Shown piece by piece: positions 26,245 through 34,897 of a stretch of 45,098 nt of DNA. Source of the stretch: an uncultured Spirochaetales bacterium (GTDB taxonomy: Bacteria > Myxococcota_A > UBA9160 > PR03); the NCBI GenBank assembly GCA_964615045.1, contig CAZTOE010000002.1, positions 1 through 45,098 of the forward strand. The letters are read 5' to 3'. The first letter of the stretch is position 1, and every line of letters starts with the position of its first letter. The notes below the pieces were generated by a model that worked only from the letters and a program-made list of their open reading frames with translations, had not been told where the DNA came from and searched no databases. A program made the position numbers and the translations under genes.

Positions 26245-26877
26245 TCAGGCGGCTGCGAGGGCGCGCGCGATCTCGCCCATCGCGCCCGGCGCGCGGTCAT
26301 CCGGCCCGTGCAACAACGAGCGCGCCAACCACGGGCCCCCGGGCAGGACTCCCGCGTGGCGCAAGGTGAGGGTCTCCTCGCGCGCGGCCGCGAGGCGGCG
26401 GAAGGAGGTCGCCGCTTGGGCTCCGCCGCCGGAGCCCAGAAACACCAGATCGGCCCGTGCGCCCGGCCGTAGGCGCGCAAGGGCGCGCAGCCTTGCGGCG
26501 GTGCGCTCGAGAGCGCTCGGGTGAGTTGGGGTCCAGAGGAGCGTGCGGTCGAGCGGTGGAAGCAGTTCGCGGGCCGTTTCGGGGCAGAGCCCTTCCGCGG
26601 AAAACGGGGCCAGAACGAAGTCGAAGCCGGCCAGGTCCGCCCACGGTTTGGGAGCGGGAGGGGCCACAATCAGCACCCGCAGGTCGTGTTCGCGTAGCGA
26701 CATCGCCAACCAGCTGAGCAGCGCGGGCTCAACGAGGTCGCTGGGTCCGGTTGGAATCGCGAGCACGCGGGCAGGGCCAGCCGCTCGACTTTGCGCGTTC
26801 GGACCTTGCGTTGGAGCCGCGGGCGTGGGGGCAGAGTCCAGGTACAGGTCCAGTACGTCGCCGAGGTTTTTCGCCAT
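26245..26877 (-). CDS. Hypothetical protein downstream of the ParA-CBM48 gene (alpha/beta pattern, no P-loop)
   Basis: ATG 26877 lies 10 nt after the ParA stop. It begins MAKNLGDVLDLYLDS..., has a P/A-rich linker, then RVLAIPTGPSDLVEPALLSWLAMSLREHDLRVLIVAPP..., which resembles a MinD/ParA beta-alpha start but lacks GKT. The track's upstream extension to 27225 overlaps ParA in another frame. Confidence 0.5.
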   Translation of the reverse strand: MAKNLGDVLDLYLDSAPTPAAPTQGPNAQSRAAGPARVLAIPTGPSDLVEPALLSWLAMSLREHDLRVLIVAPPAPKPWADLAGFDFVLAPFSAEGLCPETARELLPPLDRTLLWTPTHPSALERTAARLRALARLRPGARADLVFLGSGGGAQAATSFRRLAAAREETLTLRHAGVLPGGPWLARSLLHGPDDRAPGAMGEIARALAAA

Positions 26878-26887
26878 GCGCAACTCG

Positions 26888-27940
26888 CTAACGCACCACG
26901 AGCCGAGAAGCGGGCGGGCCGAGGCCCTCTTGAACCTGTTCCGGGTTGTCCGGGTCCGGCCGCCATTCGCCATCGACCACGTAGCGGTATTCGTAGGTGC
27001 CCGGGCGTAGATGGAGAATCTTCCGCCATACACGGCCTTCGCCCTCCGGGAGGCTGACCGACTCCACCCCGCGATCGGGGATCCAGCCGTTGAAATTCCC
27101 GGCGATGCGGACGTCCAAGGCATCCGCGTCCCGAAATTCGACCACGACCTCCCGCGTCGGTGCCGTGACCGGAGGCTGGCTGGCTTGCACCTCGGCTGCC
27201 AACGCGGCGTAGTCGACGGCCCCATTCGCCCGCCGCCTAAAGGCTACGATTGGAACACCTCGCCGCGCTGCCTCCCGGAGTGCCACGTTGAAGCGGATCA
27301 CGGTGTCGAAGCAGAGATCGCCAAAGATGGAGCGGATTTCCCCCAACGTCTCACGCCCGAAACGCGTCCGGCCGTCGTAGAGGGTGGAGAGGACGCGGAC
27401 CTCGGGATCGCGCCCGATGCGCTCCGACAGCAGCGTGATGGTCTCGAGCACCTTGTGGGCGCCCTGAATGGCGAAGTGGCTCGTTTCGAGGGGGATGATG
27501 ATCTCGTCGGCTGCGCACATCGCGTTGAGGGTCAGGATCCCGATGTTGGGTGGGCAATCGATCAGCGCATAGTCGTAGGTGTCCTGGACGTCGGTCAGGG
27601 CTTCAGCAAGGCGACGGTTCCCTCCCTCGCGGTGCTCATGGGCCAGACGTTGCTCGAGCGCCGCCAGCACTACGCTCGAAGGTGCGACGTGGAGCCGCTC
27701 TCCTACCGGAATCGCGATCTCGGCGATTCCCGGACCTGCGCCCGGATCCGCGAGCACCTCGTAGAGATTCTCATCGGCGGCTTCCGGATCAATGCCCAAG
27801 GCCATCGTAGCGTGCGCTTGAGGGTCGAGATCCACCACCAGTACCGATGAACCATCCGCCGCGAGGCAACCGGCCAGGTTCACCGTGGTGGTCGTTTTCC
27901 CGCAGCCGCCTTTTTGGTTGACCACAGCGATCACGCGCAT
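26888..27940 (-). CDS. ParA/MinD-family ATPase fused to a C-terminal CBM48 (AMPK-beta glycogen-binding)-like domain
   Basis: Begins MRVIAVVNQKGGCGKTTTTVNLAGCLA (deviant Walker A with the signature Lys), followed by VLVVDLDPQ and YALIDCPP. The C-terminal 89 aa (26891..27157) read VVVEFRDADALDVRIAGNFNGWIP...GTYEYRYVVDGEWRPDPDNP. ATG 27940 has GGGGAGAG upstream. Confidence 0.8.
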   Translation of the reverse strand: MRVIAVVNQKGGCGKTTTTVNLAGCLAADGSSVLVVDLDPQAHATMALGIDPEAADENLYEVLADPGAGPGIAEIAIPVGERLHVAPSSVVLAALEQRLAHEHREGGNRRLAEALTDVQDTYDYALIDCPPNIGILTLNAMCAADEIIIPLETSHFAIQGAHKVLETITLLSERIGRDPEVRVLSTLYDGRTRFGRETLGEIRSIFGDLCFDTVIRFNVALREAARRGVPIVAFRRRANGAVDYAALAAEVQASQPPVTAPTREVVVEFRDADALDVRIAGNFNGWIPDRGVESVSLPEGEGRVWRKILHLRPGTYEYRYVVDGEWRPDPDNPEQVQEGLGPPASRLVVR

Positions 27941-27993
27941 GAGAGCTCTCCCCACGGCCGCATGGGCCTTTGTGTCAGCGGGGCGCAAGTTTG

Positions 27994-28422
27994 CTAGCCG
28001 GTGCGCGCTCCCGCCGATGGGATCGGTACCCTCCGCCGCGGACTGCGGCCCCGCGCCGCTGCGCGTCGCGCGGCCCGGGCCTCGATCGCCTTGCGAAGCG
28101 ATGACACCTCGAAAATCCACTCTCTTCCGCTCACGGCGTAAAACGAGTGGTCATCTTTCAGCAGCAGCACCACGTCGCCCGTCGCGACGAAGACCAAGTC
28201 CGAGAGGGGGCGATCGACGGTCGGAAGCACACGGCGGAGCGCGCGGATACTGCCGCGGATTCGCTGTACCGAGACGCCCGCGTCGATCAGTTGCTTGGTG
28301 GCGCCGAGCGCCACCAGGTCCTCAAAGGTATAGCGGTGGTGGCCGCCCGGCGTCTGGGCCGAAGGACGGACGAGATCGGTCTGCGCCCAGTACTGGAGCT
28401 GCCGCCGCGAGACGCCGAGCAC
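27994..28422 (-). CDS. MerR-family HTH protein (minimum extent; probably starts further upstream at a non-canonical codon)
   Basis: LGVSRRQLQYWAQTDLVRPSAQTPGGHHRYTFEDLVALGATKQLIDAGVSVQRIR is a MerR-type winged HTH. The first canonical start (GTG 28422) removes helix 1. The frame stays open upstream to a TGA at 28575..28573. Confidence 0.7.
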   Translation of the reverse strand: MLGVSRRQLQYWAQTDLVRPSAQTPGGHHRYTFEDLVALGATKQLIDAGVSVQRIRGSIRALRRVLPTVDRPLSDLVFVATGDVVLLLKDDHSFYAVSGREWIFEVSSLRKAIEARAARRAAARGRSPRRRVPIPSAGARTG

Positions 28423-28601
28423 CGCCGAGACCTGGCCGGTTCGGAAGAGCCTCTCGAGCTCGCCGTGTCCAGCGCTGGCACTCCGACGACGCTCAACCGA
28501 GTTGGCGCGCTCGCGGGATCTAGCCCGCTCCGGCGAAGCGTGCGCAATCGTGTGGCTGACAGCGGACAGCGTTCACCCCCCTGACACGTCCGCGCGCCAA
28601 C

Positions 28602-28630
28602 ACCCTAGAGCGGGGTTCGGGTCCCGTCAA
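28602..28630 (-). promoter_or_regulatory. Candidate sigma70-type promoter for the MerR-ParA operon
   Basis: On the minus strand: TTGACG (28630..28625), a 17-nt spacer, then TAGGGT (28607..28602). It lies within the only AT-richer stretch of this intergenic region. Confidence 0.35.
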
Positions 28631-28774
28631 CAAAAGCTATCTCAATTTCGGGGGTTTCCGTGAAAATTTGCGGGTTGGCTTCAGGGTGTCTCCGGGGCGC
28701 GGCCCACTGCTGCCGGTGGAGCAGGCGATCGGGCGGCTCTCCCGCCAAGCGCTCGCTACGTTAGCCTCGTCGCG

Positions 28775-29965
28775 ATGGAGCGGGTGACAAGCGGCGCCGA
28801 ACAAGGGCGCGCAGGTAGAGATCGCGAACGCCTTCAAGTCGACCAGGGAGGCCAGGCGCGCCCCTTCATGCGCGGGATCCTGGTGCACTCGCTGATGGCG
28901 CGAGGGCTCGGCTTCGAGGACGCCTATGGGGTGGCGAACGTCATCCGCGACAAGCTCAAGGGCCGCGGCGTCGTGGCCCGCGAGGTCCTCCGTGAAGCGG
29001 TGCACGAGGAGTTGGAGCAGCGCGGCTTGGCAGCCGACGCCAAAGCCTCGCTTTCCCCCACCATCGAGGTGCGCTCGGACGGGGGCATGAGCCCCTTCTC
29101 GAAGGGGTTTCTCTCCCAGTCCCTGTTGGCGGCGGCGATCGATCCCAACGACGCGTTTGATGTGGCACGGGAGATCGAGGGAACCCTGGTGCGTCAGGGC
29201 GTCACCGACATCGGCCGCCGTGAGCTCCGACGGACGGCGTACCGGAATCTCGAGCGTCGCTTCGGGCCCGCGACGGCAGAGCGCTATTTGGTGTGGCGGC
29301 ACTTTCACCGTCCGGATCGACCGGTGATCTTGCTGTTGGGCGGGGCGACGGGTTCCGGAAAGACATCGCTCGCGGTCGAAGTTGCGCACCGGTTGGACGT
29401 GCAGCGCGTGATCTCGACCGACTCCATCCGCCAGGTCATGCGGATCATGCTCTCACCGGATCTGGTGCCCGCGATCCACGCCTCTTCCTACGATGCCTAC
29501 CGCGTGATCGGGCCAGTGGCGGAAGAAGAGGATCCGGTCATCGCCGGTTTCGAGGCAGGGGCCAAGATTGTCAGCGTCGGCGTGCGAGCCATGATCGAAC
29601 GCGCCATCGCCGAGAACACCAGCATGGTGATCGACGGCGTGTCGATCGTGCCCGGGCTGCTCGACTTCCATCGCTATCACCAGGACGCCCATATCGTCTT
29701 CCTCCTCGTCGCGAATCTCGATGAGCAAGCCTACCGAAGGCGTTTCGAGGCGAGGGCTCAGAGCAGCCAGCGCGCACCCCATCGCTACCTTCGGAACCTG
29801 AAGTCGATCTTGCGGATCCAAGATCACTTGCTCGAATTGGCCGATCGTCACGATATCCCGATCGTTGACAACGAGTCCCGCGACGACTCCGTGCTCTCGA
29901 TCATCAAGCACGTCACGGGAACGCTGCGCAAAGCCGAAGAGTTCGATGCGGACGAGTTGCTCTAG
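28775..29965 (+). CDS. 2-phosphoglycerate kinase-family P-loop kinase with two N-terminal ATP-cone-like repeats
   Basis: Two repeats (QVDQGGQARPFMRGILVHSLMARGLGFEDAYGVANVIRDKL and EVRSDGGMSPFSKGFLSQSLLAAAIDPNDAFDVAREIEGTL), then VILLLGGATGSGKTSLA (Walker A) and VISTDSIRQVMR. This matches the COG2074-like family layout. Confidence 0.7.
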   Translation: MERVTSGAEQGRAGRDRERLQVDQGGQARPFMRGILVHSLMARGLGFEDAYGVANVIRDKLKGRGVVAREVLREAVHEELEQRGLAADAKASLSPTIEVRSDGGMSPFSKGFLSQSLLAAAIDPNDAFDVAREIEGTLVRQGVTDIGRRELRRTAYRNLERRFGPATAERYLVWRHFHRPDRPVILLLGGATGSGKTSLAVEVAHRLDVQRVISTDSIRQVMRIMLSPDLVPAIHASSYDAYRVIGPVAEEEDPVIAGFEAGAKIVSVGVRAMIERAIAENTSMVIDGVSIVPGLLDFHRYHQDAHIVFLLVANLDEQAYRRRFEARAQSSQRAPHRYLRNLKSILRIQDHLLELADRHDIPIVDNESRDDSVLSIIKHVTGTLRKAEEFDADELL

Positions 29966-30788
29966 GCGCATTGGCCTTCGACTTCGGATTCTCGCGCCGG
30001 TGCTGGCGGCGCTGGCTGCAGCGTGCACCACCATGTCGGTAACCGAAGAGCGGGCCATGGGTCAGGATGCGGTGCGGCAGGTACGCCAGGAGGTGTACGA
30101 GATCCGCGATCCCGTGGTGCGCGAATACGTCCGGGACATCGGCGACCAGATCCTCGCCGCTACCGGTCCCCAGCCGTTCGAATATCGATTCTACGTGGTC
30201 GAAGACGACACCATCAACGCCTTCGCGCTGCCGGGCGGACACATCTTTGTCCACACCGGGACGATCCTGAAAGCCCGCAACGTGAGCGAGTTGGCCGGTG
30301 TGATCGGTCACGAGATCGGCCATGTCGCGCTGCGCCACATTGCGCAGAACTACAACAAATACAAAGCGGGCTCACTTGGACATCAGGCGGCGGTGTTGGC
30401 GGGCGCTATCTACGGAGGCCAGTTGGGTGCCCAGGTGGCGGATCTCGCCGGTGGATTGGCGATCGCCTCGGTATTGAACTCCTTCGGGCGCGAAGCCGAG
30501 CGCGAAGCCGACGATTTCGCGCTCGAGATGTTGCCGCGCGCCAACTACGACCCGCACGGCCTCCCCACCTTCTTCGAGACCCTGATTCGCCAGGGAGGAC
30601 CGCGCCCGCCCGAGTTTCTCTCGAGCCATCCGACGACGGAGAGCCGCCTGCAAGACACGCGCAACGCCATTAATCAGATGAACCTTCCCCCGACGCTGCG
30701 GGTGAATGACGGCGGAAAACTCGAAATCATCCAACGCCGAATACGCCTGCTCACCGGGGAAGAGTCGCCCCCGCCCTCGCACGAGTGA
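29946..30788 (+). CDS. M48-family zinc metalloprotease, probable lipoprotein
   Basis: The signal peptide MRTSCSRRIGLRLRILAPVLAALAAAC ends in Cys. Also carries INAFALPGGHIFVHTG and the zinc motif GHEIGHVALRH. ATG 29946 overlaps the upstream gene by 20 nt. The track start at 29865 is deeper inside that gene. Confidence 0.85.
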   Translation: MRTSCSRRIGLRLRILAPVLAALAAACTTMSVTEERAMGQDAVRQVRQEVYEIRDPVVREYVRDIGDQILAATGPQPFEYRFYVVEDDTINAFALPGGHIFVHTGTILKARNVSELAGVIGHEIGHVALRHIAQNYNKYKAGSLGHQAAVLAGAIYGGQLGAQVADLAGGLAIASVLNSFGREAEREADDFALEMLPRANYDPHGLPTFFETLIRQGGPRPPEFLSSHPTTESRLQDTRNAINQMNLPPTLRVNDGGKLEIIQRRIRLLTGEESPPPSHE

Positions 30789-32461
30789 GCAACGCTGCGC
30801 GCCGGAACGGCTCTGCCACCGCGGGCCCCTCGGTCGGGGCCGCGGCGCTCTGGGCCCAACGCCTGCTCGCCAACCTGGGCCGGCTGCCCCGTCTGGCGCT
30901 CGCGCACGTGAAGCTCGATCGACGCGCGCCCTTTTGGTTGGTGGTCCGCCTGGCCGCACCGCTCGAGGAGATCCCGCGCCCGCATCCTCTAGCCATTGGG
31001 GAGCCGCGCTCCTCCCTTCTCGACATGTTGCGTGCGCTGCGCGCGGCCGCTGCCGATCCGCGCGTCGCGGGAGTGCTACTGCGCTTCGCCGGTGCGCCGC
31101 GCGGCCTCGCCGCGGCCGCGACGTTGCACCGCGCGGTCGCGGAACTGCGCGGACGCAAGCCGGTGTGGGCGTTCGGCGAACGCATGGGGATTCCCGAGTA
31201 CTGGGTAGCCAGCGCCGCGGAGCGCATCTTGCTTCCGGAAAGCGGGTCCCTCGAATTGCTCGGCTTGCGTACCGAGCGGTTCTACCTGCGGGAACTCCTC
31301 AGCCGTCTCGACGTGCGGCCCGAAGTGCTGCGCGTGGGAGGCTACAAGACCGCCGGAGAAACCCTGGTGCGTGACCGCATGTCCGCCGAACAGCGCGAAC
31401 AGAGCGAGGCCTACCTCGACGACGTGTTGGCGCGCTTTGTCGAGGCCGTCGCTGAGGGTCGTGCGGTAGCTCCGGAGACGGTCCGCGGCGCGCTCGACGG
31501 CGGCCCGCTGATGGCCGGGAGCGCCGCGGAGCAGGGCTGGATCGACGCCTGCTGCTTCCCCGACCAGGTGGCAGCGGAGCTCGTAGAGCGAGTGCCGCGC
31601 AGCGCCGAGCTCCGGCACGGCGAGCTCCTCCCCCGTTGCGTCGAAGTGCCCAGCTACGTTGCCTTGCACGCGGCGGACCCGGGATGGGTTCCGCTCGGGC
31701 GCGGCGTTCCTCAGCTCGCCTACATCGCGGCGAGCGGCGCCGTGGTGCGGGGTGAGGCGCCAGGGATCGCCAGCGCGATCTCGGCGCGCGGCCTCGGTCG
31801 ACTTCTCGAGCGTCTGCGCGCCGACGATCGCATTGACGCCGTGGTCCTGAGAATTACGAGCCCCGGCGGCGATGCACTGGCTTCGGATCTGCTGTGGCGC
31901 TCCGTCCTTCGCCTCCGCGAGCGCAAACCGGTCGTTGTGTCGATGGGGGAAGTGGCAGCGTCCGGCGGCTATTTCCTCGCCGCCGCGGCGAGCTCCCTGG
32001 TTTGCGAGGCGCCGGCGCTCACCGGCTCGATCGGCGTTTTGGGGGGGAAACTCGATCTCTCGGGTCTTCTCGATCGGCTGGGCCTCCACGTCGACGGGGT
32101 GGAGCGCGGCGAGTTCGCGGGCATGCTCTCGCCGGCTCGGCCCTTCCGCCCCGAAGAACGCCGGGCGCTCCGCACGCACGTCGAGGCGCTCTACGCGCTG
32201 TTCCTCGAGCGGGTGAGCGAGGGCCGGGGACTCGAACGCAGCGTGCTGGAGCCCCTCGCCCAAGGCCGCGTGTGGAGTGGCGCGCAGGCCCGGGAGAACG
32301 GCCTGGTCGACTTGTTGGGCGGTCCGCTCGAAGCGATTGCGGAGGCGCGCCGCCGGGCCGGAATCCCCGACGCCGAGCCCCATCGCCTCGAGGTCCTTCC
32401 GCGCGTCGGCCCGCTGAAACTCTTGCGGGGTCGCCTTTCTCCCCTGCTTCGGGTTCGCTAA
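30785..32461 (+). CDS. sppA: Signal peptide peptidase SppA (two-domain, 67K type, S49 family)
   Basis: Two ClpP/crotonase-like halves. The first carries GGYKTAGE. The second carries VVSMGEVAASGGYFLAAAAS (Ser nucleophile motif) and TGSIGV. GTG 30785 overlaps the M48 stop (GTGA). Confidence 0.85.
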   Translation: MSNAARRNGSATAGPSVGAAALWAQRLLANLGRLPRLALAHVKLDRRAPFWLVVRLAAPLEEIPRPHPLAIGEPRSSLLDMLRALRAAAADPRVAGVLLRFAGAPRGLAAAATLHRAVAELRGRKPVWAFGERMGIPEYWVASAAERILLPESGSLELLGLRTERFYLRELLSRLDVRPEVLRVGGYKTAGETLVRDRMSAEQREQSEAYLDDVLARFVEAVAEGRAVAPETVRGALDGGPLMAGSAAEQGWIDACCFPDQVAAELVERVPRSAELRHGELLPRCVEVPSYVALHAADPGWVPLGRGVPQLAYIAASGAVVRGEAPGIASAISARGLGRLLERLRADDRIDAVVLRITSPGGDALASDLLWRSVLRLRERKPVVVSMGEVAASGGYFLAAAASSLVCEAPALTGSIGVLGGKLDLSGLLDRLGLHVDGVERGEFAGMLSPARPFRPEERRALRTHVEALYALFLERVSEGRGLERSVLEPLAQGRVWSGAQARENGLVDLLGGPLEAIAEARRRAGIPDAEPHRLEVLPRVGPLKLLRGRLSPLLRVR

Positions 32462-32472
32462 CCGCCGGACGC

Positions 32473-33135
32473 ATGTCGCGGCGTCTCAAAATCGATATTC
32501 CTGGCGTCGATCGGCGCGTCACGATGGAACAGATCGCCGCCGAGGGCTGGCCGGCAATCTTCGCCGCCGACCTCGCGAAGCCGTTTCCCCTCGTCGTCGA
32601 GCTCGGCTTCGGGCGCGGTGAGTTCCTCATCGAGCTGGCGCGCGCCGCGCCCCACGTGGCGCACGTCGGCGTGGAAGTGTCCCGCAAACGCGTGTTGAAG
32701 ACGGCGCGTCGTGTCGGACGGCTGGAGCTCCCGAACATCCGCCTGGTGCACGGTCTCGGGGAGATCGTGGTGCGCGAGGCGCTGCCCGAGGCGTCGGTTC
32801 GCGCGCTGTGGATCAACTTCTCGGACCCCTGGCCCAAAAAACGCCACCACCGGCGCCGTTTGATCCAACGCCAGCTGTTGGCGGAGATCGGATCCCGCCT
32901 GGCGCCGGGAGGCGTCCTCCACATCGCCACCGATGACGTCCCGTACGCCCAACACATCGACGCGTTGCTTCGCGAACAGGACATCCTGACCAACTGCTAC
33001 GCGCCTGCGCCTTGGCGCTCCGAGATTCCGGGTCGGCCGCCCACCGCCTACGAGCTCGCGTGGCGGGCGGAGGGCCGTCCGCTTCATTTCTGGGCCTATC
33101 AAAAGGCCGGAGTTCACCCCCCGGCCGAAGGCTGA
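32473..33135 (+). CDS. trmB: tRNA (guanine46-N7)-methyltransferase TrmB
   Basis: Carries VVELGFGRGEFLIELA and INFSDPWPKKRHHRRRL (hallmark motif). ATG 32473 lies 11 nt after the sppA stop. The 193 aa before it in ORF 31894..33135 lie inside sppA. Confidence 0.9.
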   Translation: MSRRLKIDIPGVDRRVTMEQIAAEGWPAIFAADLAKPFPLVVELGFGRGEFLIELARAAPHVAHVGVEVSRKRVLKTARRVGRLELPNIRLVHGLGEIVVREALPEASVRALWINFSDPWPKKRHHRRRLIQRQLLAEIGSRLAPGGVLHIATDDVPYAQHIDALLREQDILTNCYAPAPWRSEIPGRPPTAYELAWRAEGRPLHFWAYQKAGVHPPAEG

Positions 33136-33167
33136 CCGCGCCGGGGGAACCCCGGTGCCTGCTAGAA

Positions 33168-34204
<1,037 letters not shown>

Positions 34205-34205
<1 letters not shown>

Positions 34206-34885
34206 TGCTCTACGCGGTCGGAGACATTCATGGTCAGCTCGAGAAACTCGAGTCACTCCTGGCCGGCCTTCCGCTCCGGGCTGGCGACCGCTTCGTGTTT
34301 CTCGGCGACTATATCGACCGCGGTCCCGACTCGTTCGGGGTGGTCGAGCGCCTGTTGGCCCTCGAGCGCGAGCACCCGTGTGTCTTCCTGATCGGGAATC
34401 ACGAAGCGATGTTTCTCGATTTCATCGGCTGGCGCGGTCCACATTATTTTGGTTCGGAGGCCTTCCTGAACAACGGGGGCATCGCGACGTTGCTCTCGTA
34501 CGACTATCTCGAAGAAGATCGGGCCGCCGGCCGCGCCTTTGAGCTTCCGCCGCATCACGAAGTGTTTTTCAAAGCGCTGCGCCTCACCCACCACGAGGGC
34601 GAGTATTTCTTCGTGCACGCGGGCCTGGGGAGGTCCGTCTCGCGCGGCACCGATCTCGCCTGGACGCTCAAACGGGCGCGCCCCGAGGAAATGCTCTGGG
34701 ATCGCTTCAGCTGCGAGCTGCCCCACGAACTCGGCGTGACCGTGGTGTACGGCCACACTCCTCGCCCCGACTTTCAGGTGCGATGGAATCCGCCCTTCAG
34801 TATCGGGATCGACACCGGCGCTGCCTACGACGGCCCGCTGACCGCACTCCGCCTGCCCGACGAGACAATTTTTCAATCGCAGTAG
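34205..34885 (+). CDS. PPP-family metallophosphoesterase (Ser/Thr phosphatase / ApaH-like)
   Basis: Carries GDIHG, GDYIDRGPDS and GNHE motifs. Its start overlaps the rlmN stop as ATGA (34203..34207). Confidence 0.85.
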
Positions 34886-34897
34886 TAGGCGACAGCT

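Noticed and set aside
33141-33155. Hairpin CCGGGG-GAA-CCCCGG just after the trmB stop, considered as an intrinsic terminator.
   Set aside because: The stem is only 6 bp with a 3-nt loop and no U-tract, and the rlmN start follows within ~15-25 nt. It is more likely incidental or a minor structure within an operon.
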